Positions 1 through 9,714 of a stretch of DNA of 64,000 bases are shown piece after piece (positions within the stretch are counted from its first letter, which is position 1; every line of letters starts with the position of its first letter). Location of the stretch: assembly GCA_910584205.1 (NCBI GenBank), contig CAJUAA010000013.1, positions 7,197 to 71,196 on the forward strand. Direction: 5' to 3'. Made by a program: the position numbers and the translations under genes. The notes beneath the pieces were generated by a model. The model worked only from the letters and a program-made list of their open reading frames with translations. It did not search any database and was not told where the DNA came from. The DNA is from an uncultured Lachnospiraceae bacterium. GTDB taxonomy: Bacteria; Bacillota; Clostridia; Lachnospirales; Lachnospiraceae.

Positions 1-301
1 CTCCTCCAGAGAGCAGGCGCCGGAGATCATCAAGGCGCTGGGGATCAAATGCGTCATCGCCAGATCCTTTGCCCGCATCTTCTTCCGGAACGCCATCAAC
101 AACGGCCTGCTCCTGATCGAGAACGCCGATCTTCGGGATGCGGTATCCGAAGGCGATACCGTCGAGGTCCGGGTGAACGAGAAGATTACCCACAACGGAA
201 ACGACTACGCCATCGCGTCGCTTCCGCAGAACCTGGTGGACATCATCGACGCAGGCGGACTGGTAAAAGCCATGCGCCGTCTGAACGGACTGGAGGGTTA
301 A
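1..301 (+). CDS. leuD: 3-isopropylmalate dehydratase small subunit (LeuD/HacB/DmdB family), 5'-partial
   Basis: Frame from base 2 reads [37 protein letters not shown]...DAGGLV, ending in TAA at 299-301. SSRE and [12 protein letters not shown] are aconitase swivel-domain motifs. Not in the ORF track. Confidence 0.85.
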   Translation, partial: SSREQAPEIIKALGIKCVIARSFARIFFRNAINNGLLLIENADLRDAVSEGDTVEVRVNEKITHNGNDYAIASLPQNLVDIIDAGGLVKAMRRLNGLEG

Positions 302-308
302 CGCAATT

Positions 309-1559
309 ATGGGACTGACAATCATCGAAAAGATCATAAGCCGCAATGTGGGACACGATGTAAAGCCCGGAGACATTGTCACAGTCAATGTGGACCGGGT
401 CATGATCCATGACATTTTCATTCCTTTTGTGGCGGAAAAATTTGAAGAAATGGGCTTTACCGGACTGTGGGACCCGGATAAAGTGGTGCTGATCTACGAC
501 CATCTGGTGCCCGCAAGCCAGGTGGACGATACGAGACATTTCCGGATCGGCAATGAATTTGCAGAAACATACGGCATGAAGCATATTCACCGCAGCGACG
601 GCATCTGCCATCAGCTCATGACCGAAGCCCTTTATGTAAAACCCGGAGATATTGTCTTTGGAACGGACAGCCATACCACAACCTACGGATGCGTCGGCGC
701 CTTTTCCTCCGGTATCGGATATACCGAGATGGCCAGCATTCTGGGCACCGGAACCATGTGGATCAAGGTGCCCGAAACCATCCGGGTCGTCATCGAAGGC
801 GAACTTCCTTCCAATGTAGCCTCCAAAGACGTGATCCTGCGCCTGATCGGGGATCTGCGCGCGGACGGAGCCACCTACCAGGCGCTGGAATTCTGCGGGG
901 ATACCGTAGAACGCATGAGCATTGCCAGCCGCATGACCATGGCAAACATGGCCATCGAAGCAGGCGCAAAATGCGCGCTGTTCACGCCGGACAGGAAGAC
1001 CGCAGAATACTGTCAGATCGAGCTGACGGAAAAAGAACGGACTCTGGTGGGAGATCCGGACGCCTCCTGTATCCGAACCATCCATTACCGGGCGGAAGAG
1101 CTGGTTCCGGTCCTTGCGTGTCCGTCCCAGGTGGACAACATCCATCCGGTCAGCGAATACGAAGGGACCCCCATCGACCAGGTGTTCCTCGGCTCCTGTA
1201 CCAACGGACGGCTGGAAGACCTGCAAAGGGCCGCTTCCATCCTGAAAGGGAAAAAGGTCGCCCCGTTTGTAAAGCTGATCGTCACCCCGGCCAGCCGGAA
1301 AATCTACAGCCAGGCGCTCCTGGACGGAACGCTGGCGGTTCTGGCAGAAGCCGGCGCCATCATCACCCACCCCGGATGCGGACTCTGCTGCGGCAGAACC
1401 GGCGGCATCCTCTCGGACGGAGAACGGGTCGTCGCCACCAACAACCGGAATTTCCTCGGACGTATGGGAACTTCAAAGGTGGAAATCTTCCTGGCCTCTC
1501 CCGCAACCGCGGCGGCCTGCGCCGCGGCGGGAAAGATCGTCGTTCCGGACCCGACATAA
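309..1559 (+). CDS. leuC: 3-isopropylmalate dehydratase/homoaconitase large subunit (LeuC/HacA family)
   Basis: DH, GICHQ, GTDSHT, FLGSCTNGR, CGLCCG and NRNFLGRMG aconitase motifs; adjacent to the small subunit. Exact substrate uncertain. Confidence 0.88.
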   Translation: MGLTIIEKIISRNVGHDVKPGDIVTVNVDRVMIHDIFIPFVAEKFEEMGFTGLWDPDKVVLIYDHLVPASQVDDTRHFRIGNEFAETYGMKHIHRSDGICHQLMTEALYVKPGDIVFGTDSHTTTYGCVGAFSSGIGYTEMASILGTGTMWIKVPETIRVVIEGELPSNVASKDVILRLIGDLRADGATYQALEFCGDTVERMSIASRMTMANMAIEAGAKCALFTPDRKTAEYCQIELTEKERTLVGDPDASCIRTIHYRAEELVPVLACPSQVDNIHPVSEYEGTPIDQVFLGSCTNGRLEDLQRAASILKGKKVAPFVKLIVTPASRKIYSQALLDGTLAVLAEAGAIITHPGCGLCCGRTGGILSDGERVVATNNRNFLGRMGTSKVEIFLASPATAAACAAAGKIVVPDPT

Positions 1560-1630
1560 ATCCGGCCGTAAAAACAGACGGCTCCCACGGGCATCCGCAG
1601 ATTTCCGCAGCAAACCATCCTCTCGTATAA

Positions 1631-1700
1631 AAACCTCCGCCGGAGGTTCCGGGCCGCATCCCAGGATGCCTGCCGGAATCTTCGGCGGAGGTTTGTTTTT
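1631..1700. terminator. bidirectional rho-independent terminator
   Basis: AAACCTCCGCCGGAGGTTCCGG...CCGGAATCTTCGGCGGAGGTTT inverted repeat followed by a T-run, between convergent genes. Confidence 0.75.
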
Positions 1701-1726
1701 TCGTTCTGCCCTATGGTTTTCCGACC

Positions 1727-2389
1727 TCAGGCTTCCGTCTTCATACGCTCCAGAATCGGAATGACCTCCAGCAGATTCTCCGCCGTTCCTTCCAGAAAAG
1801 CGGCCGTCTCCGGAAGCGGCTCCGCCAGATCCTTTACCATCACCACATGGCAGCCCGCGCGATGGGCGGACAGCGCTCCGTTATCCGAATCCTCCAGCGC
1901 CAGACAGTCCTCCGGCCGCTCTTTGATCTGCTCACAGGCATACAGGTACACATCCGGCATGGGTTTCCCGTGCGGGAGCGACGGCGCGCAGGCGATCTGG
2001 TCAAACCGGTCATAGATCCCCACCTGCGTCAGATAGTCCTTCGTCCGTTCCGCGTCCGACGCTGTGGAAACCGCCTTTTTGTATCCATTTTCCGTCAGCC
2101 AGTTGAGAAATTCATCCACGCCCGGCTTTTTCTCCACGCCATGTTCGGCCATATGCCTCCGTATCAGCTCCATCCTCCGCGCCCTCACCGCTGTATAGTC
2201 GAACTCCTGTCCCAGCTGCTCCTTAAAATATGGCTCCGCATACTCTTTGGCAAAACTCCGAAAACGCAGAAGCTGCTCATGCGTCGGATCAAATCCCGCC
2301 TCCTGTGCCGCCTGTTTCCAGTACCGGTACAGATACTTCTCTGTATCAATCAGAATTCCATCCATGTCAAAAATGACTGCTTTTATCAT
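1727..2389 (-). CDS. HAD family phosphatase (CbbY/beta-PGM-like)
   Basis: MIKAVIFDMDG motif I, KPMPDVY, and LEDSDNG motif IV; start set at the ATG following GGGGAG. Confidence 0.9.
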   Translation of the reverse strand: MIKAVIFDMDGILIDTEKYLYRYWKQAAQEAGFDPTHEQLLRFRSFAKEYAEPYFKEQLGQEFDYTAVRARRMELIRRHMAEHGVEKKPGVDEFLNWLTENGYKKAVSTASDAERTKDYLTQVGIYDRFDQIACAPSLPHGKPMPDVYLYACEQIKERPEDCLALEDSDNGALSAHRAGCHVVMVKDLAEPLPETAAFLEGTAENLLEVIPILERMKTEA

Positions 2390-2446
2390 AGCTTTCTCCC
2401 CCTGCGGTAATCGAAGCGATCCTCGTGCGGCTGTCAGTTCCATGAG

Positions 2447-3052
2447 TTATTCCTCTTCCAGCGTCTCTTCCGTTATAAAATCATATTCATCATCCATCAG
2501 CATCTCCAGATACTCGTCAAAGCTGTCGGCAATGACTGCAAGCTCATCCGGGTCGTGCAGGAAGCGGACGATCTGCCCCTTCGTTCCTTTCGCAGACGGA
2601 GAAAAATCAAGAAACAGCCGGGAGGTCCCGCCGTTGTTCATACAGTCCGAAAAATGAAGCCAGCACATTTGATCCGCCCGGTCGATGATCTTATCATCAA
2701 TCTCAACGTCCTCGCCGAATTCTCTGTTTACATAGTCGTCCAGCCAGTCCAGTTCCTCCTGCCGGCACATCTGTTTTGCAGAAAGCAGATAATAGGGATA
2801 TTCTTCCAGGTCCGAGCCCAGAAAATAAAAAGCGATGGTTTCTCCTCCGTATTTTCTCCAGTAAGTTCCGTCCACAATTTGCAGCAGCTGAAGCAGACTG
2901 TCCGGCAGCTCCGGATACAAAGCCCGGAGGTTTTCCAAATCCGACGCCTCCGCACCGCACACCGTTTTTTCAAAATGATCCCACTGCTCTTTTCCGCCGT
3001 TTTCGTAATACGCCTTCTTTAAACCGGCAACATATTTCTCTGCAAGATTCAT
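2447..3052 (-). CDS. SMI1/KNR4 (SUKH) family protein
   Basis: GA...LP.SL, DGT, LFLDFSPSAKGTKGQIVRFLHDPDE...IADSFDEYL pattern. Confidence 0.8.
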   Translation of the reverse strand: MNLAEKYVAGLKKAYYENGGKEQWDHFEKTVCGAEASDLENLRALYPELPDSLLQLLQIVDGTYWRKYGGETIAFYFLGSDLEEYPYYLLSAKQMCRQEELDWLDDYVNREFGEDVEIDDKIIDRADQMCWLHFSDCMNNGGTSRLFLDFSPSAKGTKGQIVRFLHDPDELAVIADSFDEYLEMLMDDEYDFITEETLEEE

Positions 3053-4508
3053 AAACTTCTCCTGTTTTATTTTTTACCGAATCTGTCCCAGAATCCCCGG
3101 GTCCTTGATCTTCGTATCCTCTGCGAACAGCAGGATCTTGGACATGATTTCCGCGGTTTTGGGGTCCTCGTCCACAAAGGGCAGGAAGAATGTTCAGTAC
3201 CTGTTCGTTCTTTTTCAGTCTGGCAGGAACGGATTTCAACGCCTTGACGTCCTTACGGCATTGCAGGGCGCTCTTTCCGTTTTCATCTACGGCAATCATC
3301 AGTTCCACGCCGTCCGCACCGTCCACGGGCTGCCACGCAAAGCAGGAGGAAGCGTTTTCCACCAGTTTGCTTTCCATGCGCAGGACGAGGCGCGTCACAT
3401 CCGTAAAACCGGCGTTCACGCTTAAGTTCCGCAGGGCCAGTTCCACCGCGCGGCCCTCGCTGGCGCGCCGCTGGGCGCCGAACTGCCGGCTCTCCTTCTT
3501 ATATTTCTGGATAAACTGATAGCGGTCCAGCATCTCATTTTCCCGTTCTTCCTTTTCAGAAGGCAGCGGAAGAAGGCCAAGGCTCATCAAAAGGTCCTTG
3601 TTGCGTTTTTCACTGATTTCCGTCTTTAATTCCTCTTTGTCTTTTTTGCCAAGCGCCGCATCGGCATACTTTCTGGCCCTTCCATGGGCGGCCCCGGTGG
3701 AAGAATATTTGGCGGCGTCATAGAGAAGCTTGAAAATCTTCTCCCCCACCTTTTCATAGGATTCAAAAAACCAGTTCAGGTCAAACGCGCCATCATGCAG
3801 CTCCTCCGGGGAAAGGGGCGTATATCTGGCGATGACCGACGTCATATGGTCATCAAAATGCTCACTGGTATGGGCCATAAAATAATAGCAGGCGCCGGAA
3901 AAACCAGGAACCGCAAAATACTCCTCCAGCATGGGAATCCACTGTTCCGCATACATGACCAGCTCCGCCAGGCGCTTTTTCGTAATATCCGTCCCTTTCA
4001 GCGCTTTCGCCAGATCGGCGGCCGTCTCCTCCTCCTTCGGCATACTGACTTTCAGCAGATGGCTCAATACCCTTCTTTTCTCCGTGGCAGAAGCATAATA
4101 GCTGTAGCCCCGTGAAAGAGGCTCTTTTCCAAGGGCCGTCAGAATCTGGATCATGTAATCAATTCCATAGATCACCTTGATATTGCTGATCCATTCGGAA
4201 AACGGCGTGGGCTGCTCGCCCCGCTTCAGTTCCACCTCCAGCACCTTCGGCACGATCTCCCGGTACAGCCCGTGGGCCAGCTCCATGGCGGGCATCTCTG
4301 CTCCAATCTGGTCAAACCGGAACTTCCCGTCCACCGGCGCGATGGCGTTGTACCCGAAAAATGCGTTCAGCGCGCCGATTCTGGCCTTTTTGGAGGAAAC
4401 GGCACCCTTTTGCTCCACAATGCTTACCGGCTCCAGCAGAGCGCCCGGACTGGAAAAATCAAAGGCCGCTTCATAGTGATCCTCCTTCCCCGATTTTTAT
4501 TGGATTGC

Positions 4509-5687
4509 TTACTGGTTGACAGGCGTGGACAGGCTTCCGGCAAAGATGTCGAACTGTACGCCTCTGTTTTCGTATGTCCCGATTGCAACATCGTCAACAT
4601 ACAGGTTGGACGTGCCCACATAATTGAATTCCTTGTTGATCATGGCTTCATAATGCGATTTGGAATCGGCATAGCTGATGGACCAATTTTTGACTGTCAG
4701 CGTGGATGTCTCCAAAGTGTTTTCACTGATGCAATCAGCGGAAGTGGCCTCGGAATAGAGGTCGATGGTATTCTTGCTGCTATCCAAATGAAGCCATGTG
4801 TGCCCGACATATTCTTTTTCCTGGTTCACCCAGGAACGGTAATTTGCAAATGCGGCCATCTCAGAATCGAACACGAGAGGGTCGGCTCCGACTTTCTTGC
4901 GATAGCTGTTGATGCCGTCAAGCTCTTTCTGCTGAGCAGCTGTCGGGATGGCTTTGTACTGTACGGGATGTCCGTCAGCGGGAAACTCGTCAGGCTGTTC
5001 ACTGAAGGATGCCATATAGAACATGTAGTACAGCGCGTAATCGTCACCGAACAGATCCATGGCATAGCTGCGGTTCTCTTTACACCAGTCCATATATGCG
5101 CCCACGTTGAAGTTCTCGCATCCCTGACGTCCCTCGTGGACGCCAACGGTCTGGAAGTGCCTCAGCAGCTGGTCTTCATCGTAGTGGTACTGGAGCGCCA
5201 GCATGGGGAATTTGTCCATATAGTATTCAGCGTCGAACACTTCGGACCAGTCGTACAATCCGACCTGCTTATCGTATGCAGCACCATAATCCCAGTCCAC
5301 GTCATAAGCAGCGTCGTTCCCACGCATGTCGACAACGCACTTGCTGCTGTATTTCTCGGGCTTGGATTTGATGCCGACGATGGCTGCAAGCTCATCTGCA
5401 ATGCAGCGGTCTGCATAATCGGCGTCTTTCATGAATCGAACGTAGTCGATCTCATCTTCATCGTCGGTCTCATCGGAATGCACATTTGTGACGGATTCTT
5501 CGAAAGACGCGGACGGAACGGATTCCTCGGGGATCTCGACCGACGGAACGATGGACGGCTCGGACGCGTTCACATAGCTGGAACCATCCGGCGCAGACGC
5601 GCAGCTGGCCAGCATGATCGTAGCGCAGAGCGCCAGGAACATGCTCATGGCTCTTGTCTTTTTGTTCGTGTTTTTCATAGTTTTCAC
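4509..5687 (-). CDS. CAP (SCP-like) domain lipoprotein
   Basis: Signal peptide with lipobox LASC, acidic linker, FDAEYY...LLRHF...G.HEGRQG module, and C-terminal INSYR...PL...HT...EN...W...SKSHYEAMIN..F.YVG CAP pattern. Confidence 0.8.
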   Translation of the reverse strand: MKTMKNTNKKTRAMSMFLALCATIMLASCASAPDGSSYVNASEPSIVPSVEIPEESVPSASFEESVTNVHSDETDDEDEIDYVRFMKDADYADRCIADELAAIVGIKSKPEKYSSKCVVDMRGNDAAYDVDWDYGAAYDKQVGLYDWSEVFDAEYYMDKFPMLALQYHYDEDQLLRHFQTVGVHEGRQGCENFNVGAYMDWCKENRSYAMDLFGDDYALYYMFYMASFSEQPDEFPADGHPVQYKAIPTAAQQKELDGINSYRKKVGADPLVFDSEMAAFANYRSWVNQEKEYVGHTWLHLDSSKNTIDLYSEATSADCISENTLETSTLTVKNWSISYADSKSHYEAMINKEFNYVGTSNLYVDDVAIGTYENRGVQFDIFAGSLSTPVNQ

Positions 5688-5982
5688 CTATTCCTTTCAG
5701 ATAAATCAGATTTATGTTTTTGTTCGGGCACTATCAGTTTTTGGCGCCTGACGTCTTTCTATCCGCCAGGCTGCGGGCATTTTTTCTTCTCGCTGCCGCG
5801 GGCCTGCCCGCCCCTCCCGTCGGCGTCCCTTCCCTGTTGTTGTTTTTCCCTCGCCGTTCTTGTCACGGGTGTCCGGGGCGACAGCGCCGGACACCCGTGA
5901 ACGGACACGCGGTCGCCTTGGCGCTCGCCGGCACCCTCGGCCGGGAGCGTCCCCTGTTTGCTTTTTGACGGCTCTCAAGGCC

Positions 5983-6011
5983 ATTATACACGCGCTCTGG
6001 ATGGCGTTCAA
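5983..6011 (-). promoter_or_regulatory. sigmaA promoter of the cassette gene
   Basis: TTGAAC-17 nt-TATAAT on the minus strand. Confidence 0.75.
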
Positions 6012-6014
6012 GCC

Positions 6015-6048
6015 TGTAACACCTTTCGATCGAAGTGTAACACTTTTC
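6015..6048. repeat. 13-bp direct repeat with 21-bp period (putative activator site)
   Basis: TGTAACACCTTTC (6015-6027) and TGTAACACTTTTC (6036-6048), immediately upstream of the -35. Confidence 0.65.
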
Positions 6049-6072
6049 AGGCTCCGGGGTGCTAAAAATCGT

Positions 6073-6086
6073 AGAACGTATGTTTG
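6073..6086. promoter_or_regulatory. putative Gram-positive LexA (Cheo) box
   Basis: AGAACGTATGTTTG matches GAAC-N4-GTT(C/T). Confidence 0.5.
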
Positions 6087-7603
6087 TTTCGATAGAAGAG
6101 ATCCTTGTCCCAGATGCCCCGGACACAGCACTGGACATAATCCGCCAGAAACAGATACCTGTCATACTGGCTCTGATGGGGCGGGAGCTGCTCCCGTTTT
6201 TTCTGTTCCAGGTAATACTGCTGCAGGCGGAAACGCAGGGTAAACGCATTTGCCCAGTCCTTTTCCTCCACTCTGGAAAGCCAGAGGCGCATGCTCCTGA
6301 AGATCGGCAGATCGGCAGCCCGCCTGGTGTAGGTGACGGTCTCGCCGTTCCAGCGTTTCTCACTGACCATATAAAAATCATTGGAACTGTCAAGCACAGA
6401 CAGAAGAGCCGCCGTACCATACAGCCCGAAACGCGCCTTCAGCGCATCCGGAACGTACTCCTCGAACAGGGTGTCCAGAACCGTGCGTGCCTGTACCCCG
6501 TAACGCAGCCCCTGAACCAGATCGGAAAACGGCGCCTTCTTCACCGGCTCTTTTCCGAACACACGTTCGTATAACGACAGGTTCTGTTCGTAACTTCCCC
6601 GGTTGGCCCGGCACTCCTGATACAGTGCGATTTCCATCAGAAGTTCCGGGGTCCTGATTTCCTTTTGATAAAATTCTTCCCACAGTTCCCGGAACGGGTA
6701 GGCGTCCAGCGGCGTGGCGTCCGGGTCTTTTCCGATATAACGGCATCGTTCCAGATTGTTTCCCAGCAGTTCATCCGCATCCCACGCCGTCTTATAGGAC
6801 CGCTCGCGGTTTTCTTCGATCAGGCTGTTTAACACCTTCAGCACGCGGATGCACTCGCCTTCTCCATAGACAAACAGGGACGACGCCTCCTTTTCATCCA
6901 CTTCCATGGGCGGCAGGACCCATTCCTTCTCCACATCATAAAAACCGTAGCCCGGCGTCTGCAGAATGTCCTGCGCCTCGCTGGAATCCCGCGGATCAGC
7001 TCATGGCTGACCATGGAAGTATTTCCCTCCCCCAGCAGGACATCTCTGACCGCCTGTATGGTTTTTTCATTTCCAAGATCAATCTGTTCAGCCAGAATCC
7101 CCGCATAGGCAAAGAATTCCGTCCTCGCATGGTCCTGCATCTCCGGCTCTGCGCCTCCGGTCAGCAGGTCGGAAAGAGGCGCCCCGTAAAATTTCAGACG
7201 GGTATACGCCTGGAACAGCCGGATACTCGCGTCCACAAAGGGCGCGCAGCTCTCCGAGCGTACGCTCCTCCTCTGCCATCCGGCCGTCATCTGGAACTGA
7301 TTCATCTGATCCAGCGCATAGTAAAATTCTTCGTGCTGCTCCTTCGGGATACAGGCGCGGATCAGATCCGCAAACCGGTCTTTGTACAGCTCCCGCAGCG
7401 TCCGGTATGTACCATCCTCCAACTGCTTCCGCATCCAGATACACGTATCCCTCGGAATATTATGGTAATGGATGGTCGGAAGCAGCGTCCTTGCCTGCTC
7501 GGAGACGCCTGCCGCGTTTTGCTTTGTCTGCGCGACCCATTCTTCGCTTAATTTTTTTCTTGTCTGGTAGGTAAATTCCGCCATGTTATTGATTTCCTCC
7601 TGA

Positions 7604-8027
7604 TTATGGTTCTAAATATCTTTTCAATGAAAATTCTGTTCGCTCATTTTGAGTAACTGTCTGTAACTCATATAAATTATCTTCCGCAGCAAGAAAATCT
7701 CTCACATCCCGTCCTATGATCAGGTACTGATGATATTCCTGAAGTTCTTTGATCTGTTTATAGTCAATACCCTGGTTACGAATTGCTGCGATCAGCTTTT
7801 CTCTGGCTGTAATTGCCACTGCTCTTTTTTGAATAAATTCATCGTGCGGTGCATAGATCCAGTCCAGCAGATACTCGAATTCCAGAAGCACATATTCAAA
7901 GCAGATCAGTCTCAGCTCGTATACATTTCTTCTTTCCCGAATACAGGTTTACAGTAATTGGTGTTCCCGAACTACCTGAATGTTATCAAATGCCTGGTCA
8001 AACGCAACAATATATTTATTTTCGTGA
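7604..8027 (-). pseudogene. 5'-truncated hypothetical gene fragment with in-frame stop
   Basis: One frame reads ...KYIVAFDQAFDNIQVVREHQLL*TCIRERRNVYELRLICFEYVLLEFEYLLDW...; AT-rich; no RBS or start after the upstream gene. Confidence 0.55.
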
Positions 8028-9152
8028 TCAGACAGGGATTCCCATCTGCTTCCGCACAAACTCCAGCTCCTTTTCGTAAGCAGGATTGCGGAGATCATAA
8101 GCATAGGAAACTTTCGGCTCATTTTCCCAAAACGGTTCATTGGAACCCGCTTTGATGCATTCCCGAACAAGTGTTTTGTTTATGTGCGGGCCATAACTGA
8201 TCCCGTTCTTTTTAAAATCCTTCTTCAGAACTTCATTTCCTTCCAACGGAATTTCCCGATAATCTTTTCCCCTGCAATAACAGATTTTATTTGAATCCCG
8301 CCCGCTGATGGAACGCCCGTACATGATCGGATAATCGATTTTCTCCGGATCTTCCGGGAGCGGAGCATGTCCGATGATCTCATATTCTCCATAGAAAAAA
8401 CGATTGTCCATCATATACTCAGAAGGGCAGCTTTTTAACTTCTGCAGTTCGTCGATGCTCAGATTCGGATCTTCTGTAATGATATGGAAGATGGAAACGC
8501 AGAGCGCTTTTCCCATAAGGATATTCCAGAACTCCCCGCCGTCTTTTATAAACTGCCGGACATCCAGCAGAATCCGGCCGTAGCCATAGTTCCTGCGGTC
8601 ATACTGAAAACGAAAGAAATCACCTTCCCGATATTTGCACCGCCGCCTTTTCGCCCCTGCAAACGCCTGAATCTCCGCCAGGTCTTCCGCACCGGTATCC
8701 GCGATCCACTGATCGAGAAACTTCAAAAGTCCTTCCTCGTCCATGGCAGGAACGCCGGCAAAGCCTGATGAATAATACGTTCTCTGCGTTGTATAATTTG
8801 CAAGCGTCATACCGCCTTTTTGTTCCTGCCCGCCGCCAAAGCTGAAATACATTCCATAAGGCGTACATCTCTGGATATTGACGCCGTTTAACCGCCTGGG
8901 CTTTCCCTTTGCCGTAATCGGAGCGATCATCGTGCGGTTGTCCTGGGTCTTAAGACGCCAGGAATTTTCACGAAAGCTTCCGCTGTCATGAAGCCAGATG
9001 ACTTTGCGGAGAATATCGCCGTCAAAGAACAGAATATCCTTTCCTGTGGAACGCTCGGGATTCACGCTGTTATTCGGAATCTCCACACGCTCCCAGGCCG
9101 GCTCCACAGGCTCCAGTCCCAGATACATCCGTTGTTCATTAGTCAGTTCCAT
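8028..9152 (-). CDS. immunity protein 26 (Imm26) domain-containing protein
   Basis: KYREGDFFRFQYDRRNYGYGRILLD and MMDNRFFYGEYEIIG segments typical of Imm26-domain proteins. Confidence 0.7.
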   Translation of the reverse strand: MELTNEQRMYLGLEPVEPAWERVEIPNNSVNPERSTGKDILFFDGDILRKVIWLHDSGSFRENSWRLKTQDNRTMIAPITAKGKPRRLNGVNIQRCTPYGMYFSFGGGQEQKGGMTLANYTTQRTYYSSGFAGVPAMDEEGLLKFLDQWIADTGAEDLAEIQAFAGAKRRRCKYREGDFFRFQYDRRNYGYGRILLDVRQFIKDGGEFWNILMGKALCVSIFHIITEDPNLSIDELQKLKSCPSEYMMDNRFFYGEYEIIGHAPLPEDPEKIDYPIMYGRSISGRDSNKICYCRGKDYREIPLEGNEVLKKDFKKNGISYGPHINKTLVRECIKAGSNEPFWENEPKVSYAYDLRNPAYEKELEFVRKQMGIPV

Positions 9153-9192
9153 ATACAGCTCCCCCCTTGTCCTCCTGATGCCAGGGCTTTGA

Positions 9193-9714
9193 TCAGTCCC
9201 CTTCTTTTCTTTCTTCCTGATAGCTTCCGGCCGCCTCGTCCAGCACCTGCATCAGCTTTTTTTCCTGTTCCGTTCCCAGATACGCTTTCTGATAAACCAT
9301 ACAAAGACCGTTATTTTCCCAGAAACCGTCACAGCGGTCCAGCCCGTAAAAGTACATGATATCCCCATAATATTCCATCTTCGCTTTAAAATAAAATCTC
9401 CCGGAGAGCGGAGTCAGTTCCATCGCTCCTGAAAATGTACCGGTCTCCTTAAATTCTTCCACTGCATAGTATACTTTATTGTCCATTAGCATGGCCAGAC
9501 ATGGAACTTCTCCCTCTCTTCCATATTCATCCGCAGGTGCATAGGTGTGCAGCATTTCCACCTCAGAAGCATGAGATTTTGCCTCTTTAAAGGCATCATT
9601 CACCCTGAATGAAATCCGATACTTTCCATCATCTTCTCCATAAATCTCGTCTTCTGCCATGTGAAAAGATGATGAGAGAATGATATCCTTTTCTTTTGCC
9701 TGATATGCTTTCAT
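9193..9714 (-). CDS. hypothetical protein
   Basis: ORF with GAGGGG RBS before MKAYQAKEK; coding-like composition. Confidence 0.65.
   Translation of the reverse strand: MKAYQAKEKDIILSSSFHMAEDEIYGEDDGKYRISFRVNDAFKEAKSHASEVEMLHTYAPADEYGREGEVPCLAMLMDNKVYYAVEEFKETGTFSGAMELTPLSGRFYFKAKMEYYGDIMYFYGLDRCDGFWENNGLCMVYQKAYLGTEQEKKLMQVLDEAAGSYQEERKEGD

Larger units (their letters stand above)
4473..6095. mobile_element. transposase-free 1.6-kb inserted cassette flanked by 4-bp direct repeat ATAG
   Basis: ATAG at 4473-4476 and 6092-6095. Removing the insert plus one copy rejoins GAT CTC TTC TAT GAA GCG GCC TTT (D-L-F-Y-E-A-A-F) in frame on the minus strand. Confidence 0.8.
3074..7584 (-). pseudogene. 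disrupted large DUF5724/DUF4132-type protein gene (fragments 6838-7584, 6062-6934, 2970-4418 plus C-terminal tail)
   Basis: Fragments continue one another: ...ELIRGI, GYGFYD...WDKDLFY, EAAFDF...HGRARKYADAALG...KESRQFGAQRRASE...ALRNLSVNAGF, and a tail LPFVDEDPKTAEIMSKILLFAEDTKIKDP...* ending at 3074 in another frame. Interrupted by an insertion and two frame-changing junctions. Confidence 0.8.

Noticed and set aside
4272..5900. 542-aa plus-strand ORF spanning the insertion junction
   Set aside because: Antisense shadow of the CAP lipoprotein gene; no recognisable motifs.
5945..5970. c-di-GMP-I riboswitch in the cassette leader (GCAAAC...GGGACGC on the minus strand)
   Set aside because: Lacks the GNRA-capped P2 stem and the GCAAAG/P3 elements; resemblance too short.
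4473..6095. Classical IS element
   Set aside because: No transposase ORF in any frame and no proper terminal inverted repeats; only a 9-bp subterminal match at unequal offsets.
6934..7000. Programmed frameshift joining the DUF4132-type fragments
   Set aside because: No slippery heptamer at the junction, sequence appears to be missing, and the gene is broken elsewhere too.
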